Source: Gemmatimonadales bacterium
Lineage (GTDB): Bacteria > Gemmatimonadota > Gemmatimonadetes > Gemmatimonadales > GWC2-71-9
DNA length: 64,000 bases
Direction: 5' to 3'
NCBI GenBank assembly: GCA_038321865.1
Contig: JBBQFH010000002.1
Location: 1-64,000, forward strand
Position 1 is the first letter of the stretch, and each line of letters begins with the position of its first letter. Shown piece by piece: positions 32,212-41,860 of this stretch. Below the pieces are notes generated by a model that saw only the letters and a list, made by a program, of their open reading frames with translations, was not told the origin of the DNA and did not search any database. The translations under genes and the position numbers were made by a program.

Positions 32212-33665
32212 CGGCCGGCCACGAGACGCGCGACGATCTCGCGCTCGTCGAACGGGAGCTTCTCGGTGCCGATCACCTGGTACGTCTCGTGACCCTTGCC
32301 GGCGAGCAGCACCGTATCGTCCGGCCCCGCCTCCTCGAGGGCACGCGCAATCGCGTCCCGCCGATCGGCCAGCCGGATATAGGCACTCCCGCTCATGCCG
32401 GTGACGACGTCGTCGATGATGGCCTCGGGATCCTCGGTGCGCGGATTGTCGGAGCTCACGATGGCGAGTTCCGCACCTGCCGCGGCCACCTGTCCCATGA
32501 TCGGGCGCTTTCCGCGGTCGCGATCACCGCCGCAGCCGAACACGACGATCAGGCGACCACGGGTGAGCGGGCGGAGACTCGCGAGCGCCCGCTCGAGCGC
32601 ATCGGGCGTGTGGGCGTAGTCGCGCAGCACCACACAGGGCGCATCGGCGATCCGTTCCATGCGTCCCGGCACCTGCGGCGCCTGGGCCAGCCGCGTCACC
32701 ACGTCGTTGAGCGTGCGGCCCATCGCCAGCGCCGTAGCGGCGGCAGCGAGGCCATTCGACACGTTGAACTCACCCAGAAGAGGAAGGTGGACCGGTGTGG
32801 TTCCCCAGCGCGAGACCAGCAGGAAGCGGCTGCCCGACGCATCCAGCTGCAGCTCGGCCGCCCGCACGTGGGCGCCGCGGCCCAGGCCGAACGTGAGGCG
32901 CTGGGGGCGCGGCGGAAGCGCGTGCCAGGCCTCGTCGTCCTCGTTCACGATTTCGATGCCGGCCAGGCTGAGGTAGCTCGACAGTTTCAGCTTGGCGCTC
33001 AGGTACGACTCCATCGTCCCGTGATAATCGAGGTGATCGCGCGTGAGGTTGGTGAACACCGCCGCACCGAAGGTGAGCCCATCGAGGCGGCCCTGATCCA
33101 GGCTGTGCGACGACGTTTCCATCACGACCGTGCGGGTGCCCCGATCGCGCAGCGCGGCGAGCGTCGCCTGAAGGTCGATCGGCCCGGGCGTGGTCAGCGA
33201 GCCGGCGGTCGAAGTCACGGGCTCGCCTCGCCCGTCGAACGCGCCAAGCGTCCCGATACTCGCGACGTCGCCGGCGGCATTGAGCAGGTGACGCACCAAT
33301 CCGGTCGTCGTCGTCTTGCCGTTGGTGCCGGTGATGCCGACGAGGACCATGCCCCGGCCCGGATCGCCGTACCACGCCCGCGCGACGGCCAGCGCGGCCG
33401 CTCGCCCGTCGCGGACGATCACCTGCGGCACCTCGGTATCCTGTGCCGTCTCGACGATCAGTGCCGCGGCACCGAGCGCGAGCGCGGCGGGGACGAAGCG
33501 GTGGCCATCGGCCTGCGTGCCTCGTACCGCGAGGTAGAGGTCGCCCGGCCCGATCGTCCGGCTGTCGCTCGATATCGATCGCAGGACCGGCGCATCGGCC
33601 GGCGCGCTCACGACGAGATCTTCGCGGCGCAGCGCGGCGACGAGTTCCGGAAGCGTTGGCGGCAT
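32208..33665 (-). CDS. murE: UDP-MurNAc-L-Ala-D-Glu--meso-DAP ligase
   Basis: TGTNGKTTT, METSSH, RDHLDYH, DYAHTPD, DNPR (DAP-type), AGKGHE. Start set at ATG 33665. Confidence 0.96.
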   Translation of the reverse strand: MPPTLPELVAALRREDLVVSAPADAPVLRSISSDSRTIGPGDLYLAVRGTQADGHRFVPAALALGAAALIVETAQDTEVPQVIVRDGRAAALAVARAWYGDPGRGMVLVGITGTNGKTTTTGLVRHLLNAAGDVASIGTLGAFDGRGEPVTSTAGSLTTPGPIDLQATLAALRDRGTRTVVMETSSHSLDQGRLDGLTFGAAVFTNLTRDHLDYHGTMESYLSAKLKLSSYLSLAGIEIVNEDDEAWHALPPRPQRLTFGLGRGAHVRAAELQLDASGSRFLLVSRWGTTPVHLPLLGEFNVSNGLAAAATALAMGRTLNDVVTRLAQAPQVPGRMERIADAPCVVLRDYAHTPDALERALASLRPLTRGRLIVVFGCGGDRDRGKRPIMGQVAAAGAELAIVSSDNPRTEDPEAIIDDVVTGMSGSAYIRLADRRDAIARALEEAGPDDTVLLAGKGHETYQVIGTEKLPFDEREIVARLVAGR

Positions 33666-33672
33666 GGGGTGG

Positions 33673-35649
33673 CTAGCGCTCCGCCCAGACGGTGATGGTC
33701 GAGCCGGCGGAGGCGGTGTCGCCGGCAGCCGGCTCGGTGCGGCTGACGACACCAAATCCGTGCAGCGCGACCGTGAACCCCCGGCGATGGAGCGCCGCCG
33801 CCGCGGCGCGCACACTGGCGCCGCTCACATCCGGGATCGGGCCCGGGGGCGTCGCGTCCCGCCGGCCACGATACGGCCACGGGACGGCGATGACGGTGGC
33901 GGGTGCGGTACGCGCGGCGGGAACCGCCGGTGCGGCGAGATGGACATCGGAACTGTCCACGCGGCCGGCGAACAGGTTGCGGTTGAGCACACCGGTGCGC
34001 GACGCGAGCGCCTCGAAGAGAATCTCCTTGACGAGCGGCGCCGCCGTCTGACCGCCGAAGTATGACGCACTGCCGGGCGCGTCGACGACCACGACCGCGA
34101 CGAGAATCGGCTTGTTGGCGGGAAAGAGAGCGGCAAACGAGGCGGTATACCGGTCGACGTAGCGCCCATTCTCGAGCTGATGCGACGTGCCGGTCTTGCC
34201 GATCAGCAGGTAGCGCTTCAGCTGCGCGGCCTCACCCGTGCCGCCCTTGCCGACGGCTCGGAGCAGATACTGCCGGAGCCGGGCCGCCACCTCAGGCGAA
34301 ATGACCCGCCGTACCGGCTCCGGGCGATGCCGGTAGAGGACCGTACCGTCCGGGCCGCGCACTTCACGCACCAGCGTGGGGGTCATCAGCACGCCGTCGT
34401 ACGCGATCGCCCCGTACGCGCTGGCGAGCTGGAGTGCCGTCACGGAGAACTCGTAGCCCATGGCACGGCTGGCCAGGGGATAGTCGGGACTGGTCGTGCC
34501 GTCGGGCAACCTCAGCGCGCCAGTGACCTCCGAAAACTCGACACCGGTCTTCGAGCCGAACCCGAAGGCGCGCAGCATGTCGTACTGCTCCTCGAGGCCA
34601 AGCCGCTGGGAGAATTTTGCCATCCCGATGTTGCTCGAGACCTGAATCGTCGATTCGAGGGTGAGCGGCTCGTGCTCGGCATGGGCGTCCGTGATCTCAC
34701 GCGTCGTCGGCCGCTTTCCGCGAATGGGCATCTGCCAGGCGCCGCCCTCCGGGTCGATGGTATCAGTGCTGTCCACCCGCTTGAGCTGAAGCAGCGCGGC
34801 GGCGGTGAAGAGTTTGGCCGTCGAACCCGGCTCGAACGTCGAGTTCAGGAACCCGGCGCTCACCTGACCGTCGGACCGGCGCGTCGCGATCGCCAGAATT
34901 TCGCCGTTCCGCGGGTCGAGAAAGACCGCATCGGCGCTCCGCGCCTTGAGCTCGACGAGGGAATGGTCCAGCGCCCGCTCGGCAATCTCCTGCAGGCCGG
35001 CGTCGACAGTGAGGAATACGTCGTTCCCGGCGACCGGCTCGCGCACCAGCCGCCTGGGCGACTGGATCTGGGTGCCGCGCGGATCCCGCAGATTGACGGC
35101 CTCACCCGGCACGCCACGCAATAACGGGTCGAGCACCGCCTCGAGTCCGGAGACGCCCGAGTCCCCGACGGCGAGCCCGATCGCCCCGCGCGCGACCACC
35201 GGAGCCGGGTACACCCGCTCGTGAATCGGCTCAAGGTCGACGCCCTTCGCGGCCCTCAGGCGCTCCACCTCCATGGCGGAATAGGTGCCCGGAAACGGGA
35301 TCCACGGATCATCGCTCCGGAAGCTGCGCTCGATGGATGCCTGGGTCCGCTTGACCCGGTCGAGCGACCGGACGATCAGCCCGGCGAGGGCGTGCGGATC
35401 ATCTACGCGATTCGTGGCAACGGCGACGCGGTAGGACTCGCGAGTATCGGCCAGCCGAAGCCCGTTCCGATCGGCGATCACCCCGCGAGCGGCGGGCAGC
35501 GCCACGAGCCGGGTGCGCTCGGCCCGCGCGATCGTGGCGTACTTGGCGCCCTGGAACACCTGCACCTGCGCCGCCCGCGCAACCACCGCGAGGATGACCA
35601 GTGACACGACACCCTGGACAAATCCGATGCGCGCGGTCGGCTTGGCCAT
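33673..35649 (-). CDS. ftsI: Class B penicillin-binding protein FtsI with C-terminal PASTA domain
   Basis: RGVIADRNG, EPGSTAK (SxxK), SSN, GKTGT, C-terminal IPDVSG PASTA repeat. Confidence 0.93.
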   Translation of the reverse strand: MAKPTARIGFVQGVVSLVILAVVARAAQVQVFQGAKYATIARAERTRLVALPAARGVIADRNGLRLADTRESYRVAVATNRVDDPHALAGLIVRSLDRVKRTQASIERSFRSDDPWIPFPGTYSAMEVERLRAAKGVDLEPIHERVYPAPVVARGAIGLAVGDSGVSGLEAVLDPLLRGVPGEAVNLRDPRGTQIQSPRRLVREPVAGNDVFLTVDAGLQEIAERALDHSLVELKARSADAVFLDPRNGEILAIATRRSDGQVSAGFLNSTFEPGSTAKLFTAAALLQLKRVDSTDTIDPEGGAWQMPIRGKRPTTREITDAHAEHEPLTLESTIQVSSNIGMAKFSQRLGLEEQYDMLRAFGFGSKTGVEFSEVTGALRLPDGTTSPDYPLASRAMGYEFSVTALQLASAYGAIAYDGVLMTPTLVREVRGPDGTVLYRHRPEPVRRVISPEVAARLRQYLLRAVGKGGTGEAAQLKRYLLIGKTGTSHQLENGRYVDRYTASFAALFPANKPILVAVVVVDAPGSASYFGGQTAAPLVKEILFEALASRTGVLNRNLFAGRVDSSDVHLAAPAVPAARTAPATVIAVPWPYRGRRDATPPGPIPDVSGASVRAAAAALHRRGFTVALHGFGVVSRTEPAAGDTASAGSTITVWAER

Positions 35650-35936
35650 CAGCGCGCCCCGGCCGGTGCCGGCGAGATGAAGTCCTCCTCCGCGTCAGTC
35701 GGAACATGGAGCCCGAGGGCCTCCGCCTTCGGCAGCAGCACGCGCCGGCTGGAGCCCTCGCCGATCTTGCGGATGAGCTCCTGGCGGGTCGCGTCGAGCT
35801 CCTGGCGCCGCTTCCGGAGCAGGCCCGTCTGCCGCGAGAGCGCGTAGGCCTTCAGCTGCCGCGTCTCGACGATCACGGCGACGACCAGAAACGCCGCGAG
35901 CCACAGGATGACCCAGTGCCGGCCTCTAAGCTGCAT
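35649..35936 (-). CDS. ftsL: Cell division protein FtsL (by position and structure)
   Basis: Short protein with one TM helix then a leucine coiled coil ending AEALGL, lying between rsmH and ftsI. Confidence 0.7.
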   Translation of the reverse strand: MQLRGRHWVILWLAAFLVVAVIVETRQLKAYALSRQTGLLRKRRQELDATRQELIRKIGEGSSRRVLLPKAEALGLHVPTDAEEDFISPAPAGAR

Positions 35937-36846
35937 GGTCAACACGAAAAATTCTCAGCTTCGCGCTCCTCGCCCTGGGGTTCGCCGCGACTTCCGCGTC
36001 GTCGGCAACGATCGGCTTCCGGGGAACGGCCGATCCGTACGCGTGGGGTGCGCAGGTGCATACCGGTTGGCGAGGCGGGCAGACGCAGGCGCCCTCCCAC
36101 GCGCGAAAGAGGTGCTTGACCAGTCGGTCCTCACCGGAGTGATAGCTCATGACCGCGAGCGCGCCGCCGGGCTCCAATGCCGCGCGGAAGGCTGGAAGCG
36201 CCACCGCCAGCCCCCCAAGCTCATCGTTGACCGCGATGCGAACCGCCTGAAACAGGCGCGCGAAGTCTCCGGGTCCGGTTCGCGGCCCCAGCGCGCCACG
36301 AATCGCGTTGACAAGGTCGTCGCTGGTGGCGAACGGCTGGCGCTGCCGCCGGCGCACGATCTCGCGCGCCAGCCGACGGGCCCGGCGCTCGTCGCCGTAC
36401 TCGTCGAACACTGCGGCCAGCGAAGCTTCATCCGACTGATTGAGGAGATCGGCGGCACCCGCTCCGCTGGAGCTCATGCGCATGTCGAGCACCGCGCCCG
36501 GGCGGAAGGTGAACCCACGCGCTTCCTCGTCGAGCTGCGCCGACGACACGCCCAGATCGAGCAGGATGAAGTCAGGCGCGAACCGGGCCACTGCCTCGAG
36601 CGCCGGTCGAGCCGCGTATGGCGACACAAGATAGCGAATTTGCGCGTCGCCGAGGCGTGCCCGCGCTCGCGCGACCGCGGAGGGATCCCGGTCGATGCCC
36701 AGCATCGCGACACCAGCCGCCAGCAGCGCCTCGGCGTGACCCCCATCGCCGAGCGTGACGTCGGCGGCCCGGCGCGCGCCGCGCGCCGCCGCCAGTACCT
36801 GCCGCAGCAGCACCGGGACGTGGTAGGTCGGCATGGGGTCAGACAT
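35926..36846 (-). CDS. rsmH: 16S rRNA m4C1402 methyltransferase
   Basis: HVPVLL, TLGDGGH, DLGVSSAQLD, FQAVRIAVNDE, YHSGEDRLVK, NPRARSAKLR. Confidence 0.97.
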   Translation of the reverse strand: MSDPMPTYHVPVLLRQVLAAARGARRAADVTLGDGGHAEALLAAGVAMLGIDRDPSAVARARARLGDAQIRYLVSPYAARPALEAVARFAPDFILLDLGVSSAQLDEEARGFTFRPGAVLDMRMSSSGAGAADLLNQSDEASLAAVFDEYGDERRARRLAREIVRRRQRQPFATSDDLVNAIRGALGPRTGPGDFARLFQAVRIAVNDELGGLAVALPAFRAALEPGGALAVMSYHSGEDRLVKHLFRAWEGACVCPPRQPVCTCAPHAYGSAVPRKPIVADDAEVAANPRARSAKLRIFRVDHAA

Positions 36847-36866
36847 GGTGGGCCCGCACAGGGTGG

Positions 36867-36899
36867 AAACGCAACACCCCGTCCGGCCGGGACGGGGTG
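36867..36899 (-). terminator. Putative intrinsic terminator downstream of tRNA-Asp
   Basis: Perfect 10-bp stem CACCCCGTCC/GGACGGGGTG (36875-36899) with a 5-nt loop, followed on the minus strand by the imperfect U-tract TTGCGTTT. Confidence 0.6.
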
Positions 36900-36917
36900 A
36901 CGCGATCTCGAGACGAA

Positions 36918-36992
36918 CGGGGCTGACGGGGCTCGAACCCGCGACCTCCGCAGTGACAGTGCGGCACTCTAACCAAGCTGAGCTACAGCCCC
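36918..36992 (-). tRNA. tRNA-Asp (GTC), CCA not encoded
   Basis: GGGGCTG acceptor stem, anticodon arm CCGCA-CT-GTC-AC-TGCGG, T-loop TTCGAGC, discriminator G. Confidence 0.97.
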
Positions 36993-37008
36993 CTGCTGTG
37001 GCGGGCTG

Positions 37009-37037
37009 AATATAGAGACGCCGCAGTCGGGTTGGAA
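37009..37037 (-). promoter_or_regulatory. Putative sigma70 promoter of tRNA-Asp
   Basis: Minus strand TTCCAA-17 nt-TATATT, 16 nt upstream of the tRNA. Confidence 0.6.
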
Positions 37038-37041
37038 GTCC

Positions 37042-38799
37042 CTACTTGCAGTACGCCTTGAGCAGCGAAGCAGTATGCGGTTTGTACTTCTCGATCACCG
37101 CGAGCTGAGCGGCTGACTCGGTCGGCTTCACCGCTTTCGCGATGTTGAACGCCACCTCCGCCTCCTTGAGCAGAGCGTCCTCCTGCCGGGATAGTTCGCA
37201 GGACTTCTTGGCGACCGCCTGCGCGTCGATCGGCGGCACCTGAGAGAAGGTCGCGATGCCGAACAGATAGTTCGCCGTCGGCATGAAACGGGCAGTCGGA
37301 GCGAGCTTGATCGCCTGGCGCAGCAGGTCGGCCGCGCCCTTGTCGTCGCGCGGTGTGGACTGGAGCATCGGTACGGCCGCCGTCACGAGCAGGCCGGCGG
37401 TCTTTTCCCGATACGAGGCCGAGTCCGCCGACGCACCGGCGCGGCGGATGGCGAAGTCGATGAACGGTTGTGCCTCCGGGATCCGCTTCGCGGTGTAGAG
37501 GGCCTGTGCGGCGTTGAGCGCCGGCAGGACGTTGGCGCTGTCAATCGCCATCAGGCGCCGCGTCACGCTGAGGCTGCTGTCGACCTGGCCGGAGTAGGAA
37601 TACGCCTTATTGAGATTCTGCAGCATGGTGATGTTGGTCGGATAGCGGCGCGACGCCTTGTTGGCCCACAGGACATACGTGGCGGTATCGGCCGCCGTGG
37701 CCCGGGGAAGACTGTCGGACAGCCGCTGCTCCGCCGCGGCCCCGATCTTGGCGAAGAACAGGGTGTCCGCCCGGGTCGAGTCGGTCTCGTAGGCCTTGGC
37801 AAGCACGTCGACGGCGCACTTGTAGTTGCCCGCGAAGAGGCAGGCGTTGCTCTTCAGATCGTACAGATCCCAGTTGAACGGATCGAGACGCAAACCCTCG
37901 TCGGCCACCTGAATGGCGGCGTCGGTGTGCCCCGAGCTCAGAAAGTAGCGGAAGGCGCTCTGACGGAGCTCTTGGTCGCTCGGCGCAGCCCGGAGCATCT
38001 GCTGCAGGGTCGCCACCGCCTTCGCCGTATCGCCGCGCTGCTGGTAGGCCTGGGCCAGCTGGCGGAGCGCAATCACGCTCAGCGAATCGCCGGCGATCGC
38101 AGCGTCCAGCTGCTGCACCTTGTCGCCGATCGAGTGCGCAGAATCGGCGATGATGGCGAGGCAGTAGTGTGCCAGGCCGTTTGTCGGAAGGAGCTTCAGC
38201 GCCTTGTTGGCGGATTCTATCGCCTTGGCCCGGTTAGCAATGCGCTGGTCCATGCAGCTCCGTGCATCCGCGAGGGAGCGGAGCGCCGGCTGGAGGGCAT
38301 CGGCGGCGCGCGCCGCAAGCTCGTCCAGCGGCTGGCCCGAGGCCTGGGAGACCCGAACGACATTACCGACATCGTCGTTGGTACCGGACAGCCGGGCCAC
38401 GATGGCGCGAGATCCGTCGGGCAGCTTCGACATCGTGGAGGTGACCACGACGCGCGTGCCCGGCAGGTTCTTCGCCAGGGTACGCGCGTAGGTCGGACTC
38501 AGGATGGCATCCTTCCAGAAGCCGAACTGCAGCAACGCGCTGTTCATCAGCGTGTCGGCGGCGACGGTGTATTCGGAACTGACGGTACGGTCGAGTCGCT
38601 TGCGCATCACGTCGCCGACGTGCACCGCTACGGCGGAATCGCTCGCGGCGAAGACGTAGGGATTGGCGACGAGAATGCGGGTGCGGGACGCATTGGCATT
38701 CGCGGCGATTCTCCCGCCGCGCGGGATGCCCTGGGCCGAGAGTGGTGCGGCGAGGGCAGTGCCGAGAAGCATCAGACTGATTGTGCGCGAAACAGGCAT
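37042..38799 (-). CDS. Exported TPR-repeat protein
   Basis: SD GGAGG/AAGGA, signal peptide ending PLSA-Q, and helical TPR-like repeats (AIESANKALKLLP, KAVATLQQMLRAAP). Confidence 0.75.
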   Translation of the reverse strand: MPVSRTISLMLLGTALAAPLSAQGIPRGGRIAANANASRTRILVANPYVFAASDSAVAVHVGDVMRKRLDRTVSSEYTVAADTLMNSALLQFGFWKDAILSPTYARTLAKNLPGTRVVVTSTMSKLPDGSRAIVARLSGTNDDVGNVVRVSQASGQPLDELAARAADALQPALRSLADARSCMDQRIANRAKAIESANKALKLLPTNGLAHYCLAIIADSAHSIGDKVQQLDAAIAGDSLSVIALRQLAQAYQQRGDTAKAVATLQQMLRAAPSDQELRQSAFRYFLSSGHTDAAIQVADEGLRLDPFNWDLYDLKSNACLFAGNYKCAVDVLAKAYETDSTRADTLFFAKIGAAAEQRLSDSLPRATAADTATYVLWANKASRRYPTNITMLQNLNKAYSYSGQVDSSLSVTRRLMAIDSANVLPALNAAQALYTAKRIPEAQPFIDFAIRRAGASADSASYREKTAGLLVTAAVPMLQSTPRDDKGAADLLRQAIKLAPTARFMPTANYLFGIATFSQVPPIDAQAVAKKSCELSRQEDALLKEAEVAFNIAKAVKPTESAAQLAVIEKYKPHTASLLKAYCK

Positions 38800-38866
38800 T
38801 CCTTAACCTCCGCAACGGGATCGGCCAACGGAATCGTGAAGCGTCGCGCGACCCCGCGCGACCCAA

Positions 38867-38941
38867 TGGGCGAAGAGGGATTCGAACCCCCGACATCCTG
38901 CGTGTAAGGCAGGCGCTCTGAACCAGCTGAGCTATTCGCCC
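38867..38941 (-). tRNA. tRNA-Val (TAC), CCA not encoded
   Basis: GGGCGAA/TTCGCCC acceptor stem, anticodon arm CCTGC-CT-TAC-AC-GCAGG, T-loop TTCGAAT. Confidence 0.97.
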
Positions 38942-39014
38942 GGTCGTGTTGGAGTGGCGACAGCCCGAATATGACGGCAATGCATGCGCCGTGCCGTGGC
39001 GCGCGTCACGCCAG

Positions 39015-39206
39015 CTACAGTGCGATGCCCAACGGGAGTAGGACGCAGTAACCCAGCACGAGCAACACCGCGGCCAGGGTAGGATGTCCGGCGCCGAGAA
39101 TGCCGTAGCCGGCCGCGAGCGTCAGGACGCCGGCACCAAGGATGAGCAGGTTCCGGCGCCCCAGGAGGGGCCGGCGCGTCGGAGTGGATGCGCGGGGCGT
39201 AGCCAT
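39015..39206 (-). CDS. Small two-TM membrane protein (DUF3098-like)
   Basis: RRNLLILGAG..GY...LAAVLLVLGYCVLLPLGI pattern. Confidence 0.65.
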   Translation of the reverse strand: MATPRASTPTRRPLLGRRNLLILGAGVLTLAAGYGILGAGHPTLAAVLLVLGYCVLLPLGIAL

Positions 39207-39220
39207 AGCGGTAGAGGCTA

Positions 39221-40243
39221 CTACGGTACCCGACCCGGGTCAAGTTCCGGCGGCGCCTCATCTTCGCTCGGAATCACCCACCCCTCATCCAGCGCGGCAC
39301 GGCGGGGCCCGTCCGCCCGGCGGCGGATTCCGCCGAGCGCCAGCACCAGCGTCGCAATGACGCTCCAGACGCCGCCGGCGGCGATCCAGGTCGCCAGCCC
39401 ATACCGGCGCCGCACCGTTCCCATCCAGTCGCGAGCGAACTGTCCCACGTTGAGGCCCGTCGTCTGCCGCAGGGCGTCCTCAAACGGAACACCAGCTTCC
39501 AGGCGGGCCATCAGCGGGTCCAGCTTGCGGGTGGGATTGAGCTCGGCCAGCCGGGCCACCGCGGCCATGGAGAGCGCGTAGGCCGGACCGGCGGCGCCCT
39601 CATTCCCCCGCAGCTCGCCATCGAGGTCGTCCAGCTCGGGGACGCCGCCACGCGCGACCGACAAGTTGAGCGACAGTGCCGCGAGGCGATCCCATTCGCC
39701 GGCCGCCCACGCGGCGTAGCCTTCGTCGAACCAGCGCGGCACGCGCACCCGCACCGCGCCATGCAGTACAAGGTGAGCGAGCTCATGCCGCAGGGTTCGT
39801 TCGAGATCTCCCACATCGGCACGAAGCAGGATGGTGTGGGCCCCGGGCATCGCGATGCCGGCGCCCCACGTGGGCGCGCGTCCCCCGGTCATTTGCCGGT
39901 ATCGGGCCGCATCAGGGACCAGGATGAGCCGCATCGGCCCCGCCGAGCGGCGACCCAGACCGGGCCAGTATGCGGCCTGGTCCGCCGCTTCGGCCAGCGA
40001 CGCAGCCATGCCGAGCTGCGGGGGCCACGCGACCGCCACCACGTCGCCGACTCGCACCACGCGCGGAGGCGTCTGAGCAAACAGCAGGACGAATGCTACG
40101 AAAACCGAGTACGCGGGATCTCTCCACCCGAAGCCGCCAGGGCGACGAGCTCGCCGCAGCGCCTGGCCCAGGGGTTGAACTTGTTGGCCTTCTGCCCGTC
40201 GGTCCACGTCTGAACGGCGCCAGCCCGATCGCCGGCGAGCCAC
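39221..40243 (-). CDS. Peptidase MA-clan (gluzincin-like) membrane-anchored metalloprotease; start codon uncertain
   Basis: HELAH (HExxH), VPRWFDEGYA, C-terminal TM. The signal-like SVFVAFVLLFAQ near 40110 has no adjacent ATG/GTG. Confidence 0.75.
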   Translation of the reverse strand: MARRRSGWRRSDVDRRAEGQQVQPLGQALRRARRPGGFGWRDPAYSVFVAFVLLFAQTPPRVVRVGDVVAVAWPPQLGMAASLAEAADQAAYWPGLGRRSAGPMRLILVPDAARYRQMTGGRAPTWGAGIAMPGAHTILLRADVGDLERTLRHELAHLVLHGAVRVRVPRWFDEGYAAWAAGEWDRLAALSLNLSVARGGVPELDDLDGELRGNEGAAGPAYALSMAAVARLAELNPTRKLDPLMARLEAGVPFEDALRQTTGLNVGQFARDWMGTVRRRYGLATWIAAGGVWSVIATLVLALGGIRRRADGPRRAALDEGWVIPSEDEAPPELDPGRVP

Positions 40244-40974
40244 TGCGCCCCACCCAGCTGCAGGTACGCCTCGATCAGGTTGGGGCCGAGCCGAAGCGTC
40301 TTCCGGAAAAAGCTCTGCGCATCGTCGTACATGTCGCGCTCGAGGTACACCAGCCCAAGATAATAATGTGCGTAGAGGGTGGCCTTGCGGTCGTTGTCGA
40401 GCCGGATGGCCTTGGAGAGGTGCTCGATCGCTTCGCCGAAGATTCGCTTCTTCAGGCAGATGTAGCCGACGTTGATTCGGGCCAGGGCGTTTGCGGGCTC
40501 ATTCATCAGCACCTTGGAAAAGGTGCCCAGCGCATCGTCGTACTCCTCATGCAGCATCTGCGCCCACCCGAGCAGCGACAGCGCTTCCACCGCGCCGGGC
40601 GACAGCTCCAGCGCCCGCGAGAGCACCTGTATCGCGCCGGCATGGTCGCCGAGAGAAATGAGGCTCCAGCCCTTCTCGATGAAGGTCGACGCTCCGATAT
40701 GATCATCGTGCACCACCGGCCGGGCATCCGTAAATGCGGGAGCCTGCGCAGTCGCGGCTGACGCCGAGACCTGCTTGTAGCGGTCCACCAGCAGACGGAT
40801 GTCTTCCTTGAGCTGCGTAACCTCCGCCAGCGCCGTATCGACTTTCTTGAAGAACGCGATGATCTCCCGCTTGGCCGCGTCGCGCCCCGATGCGTCGGCC
40901 GCGGCATCGAGCCGCGATGCGATCGTCGCGTATTCGCTCCTGAGCGGTGCCGTCAGCGACTCGTCTGCCGTCAT
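40096..40974 (-). CDS. Coiled-coil plus TPR protein at the end of the che/mgl operon
   Basis: ATG 40974 in ATGA overlap with cheW, N-terminal coiled coil, about 5 TPRs (e.g. AHYYLGLVYLERDMYDDA). Confidence 0.85.
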   Translation of the reverse strand: MTADESLTAPLRSEYATIASRLDAAADASGRDAAKREIIAFFKKVDTALAEVTQLKEDIRLLVDRYKQVSASAATAQAPAFTDARPVVHDDHIGASTFIEKGWSLISLGDHAGAIQVLSRALELSPGAVEALSLLGWAQMLHEEYDDALGTFSKVLMNEPANALARINVGYICLKKRIFGEAIEHLSKAIRLDNDRKATLYAHYYLGLVYLERDMYDDAQSFFRKTLRLGPNLIEAYLQLGGAQWLAGDRAGAVQTWTDGQKANKFNPWARRCGELVALAASGGEIPRTRFS

Positions 40975-41435
40975 GTCACTACTGCCGCTTCGAGGGCCTG
41001 CCGCTCCGTCGAGCTGAGGAGCCGGAGCGCGTTCAGCAGAACCACGGCCCGATCCCCTTCCGTGAGGATCCCGGCGATGTACGTCGCGGCCAGGCCGCGG
41101 ACCATGGGAGGCGGCGCGGTGATCGTGGTGCTGTCCACCCGCATCACCTCGCGGACCTGGTCGACCAGCATGCCGATGCGCTGCCCGTCGAGATTGAGGA
41201 CCATGAGGCGGGTTTCCTCCGTTACTCCGGCCTCCAGCTCGAGCCGCTTCCGGAGATCCACCACCGGAATCGCCGTTCCGGCGTAGCGAACGACGCCCTC
41301 GAGAAACGCCGGTGCCTTGGGCAGCGCCGACGGCTTCTCGTAGCGCAGGATGCGCTCCACCTGGGAAATATCGAGCGCGAACTCCTGCGAGCCCACGCGG
41401 AACGTGACCACCTGCATGTCGTCGCCAGTGTTCAT
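40971..41435 (-). CDS. cheW: Chemotaxis coupling protein CheW (copy 3)
   Basis: VVTFRVGSQEFALDI, FLEGVVRY.G.AIPVVDLR, IGMLVDQV. Confidence 0.92.
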   Translation of the reverse strand: MNTGDDMQVVTFRVGSQEFALDISQVERILRYEKPSALPKAPAFLEGVVRYAGTAIPVVDLRKRLELEAGVTEETRLMVLNLDGQRIGMLVDQVREVMRVDSTTITAPPPMVRGLAATYIAGILTEGDRAVVLLNALRLLSSTERQALEAAVVT

Positions 41436-41860
41436 GTGTCGATTCCCCTTTCCGCGAGCCGCGCACCAAGCGCAGTGAGATCAAGCAGGGGCACCAGTCC
41501 GTCCGCGCGCCGGACGACCGCGCGCGCCCAGGGAAGGGCGGAGCTCGGCGGGAGCGGCAGCGTCGCCTCCCGCACGACCACGTCCGCCTCCTCGACCTCG
41601 AGACAGAGCCGGATACCGCCAACCGAGATGACCACCGCGACCTCACTCACCCGGGGTGGGTACGCCTCGCCGGCCAGCAGGGCGCCGAGGTGAAGCACCG
41701 GCATCATTTCTCCCCGCACGTTCGCCACGCCGCGGAGCGCGGCCTCCGTGCTCGGAACCGGGTGCGCCGGGCCAGCGTCCGCGACCGCGACGACCTGCTC
41801 CACCGGAAGGCCGACCAGGCGACCTCCGGCGCGCACGAGCAGGAAGGACGCCTCGCTCAT
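41432..41860 (-). CDS. cheW: CheW-domain protein (copy 2, divergent)
   Basis: [33 protein letters not shown]. Confidence 0.85.
   Translation of the reverse strand: MSEASFLLVRAGGRLVGLPVEQVVAVADAGPAHPVPSTEAALRGVANVRGEMMPVLHLGALLAGEAYPPRVSEVAVVISVGGIRLCLEVEEADVVVREATLPLPPSSALPWARAVVRRADGLVPLLDLTALGARLAERGIDT

Noticed and set aside
38843..38862. 8-bp hairpin GTCGCGCG/CGCGCGAC after tRNA-Val
   Set aside because: No U-tract follows and such stems arise easily in GC-rich DNA, so it is not called as a terminator.
36918..38941. TPR gene between two tRNAs as a possible integrated element
   Set aside because: No integrase, no duplicated tRNA 3' end and no obvious compositional shift.
36918..38941. 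tRNA genes without encoded CCA
   Set aside because: Common in many bacteria, where CCA is added post-transcriptionally.
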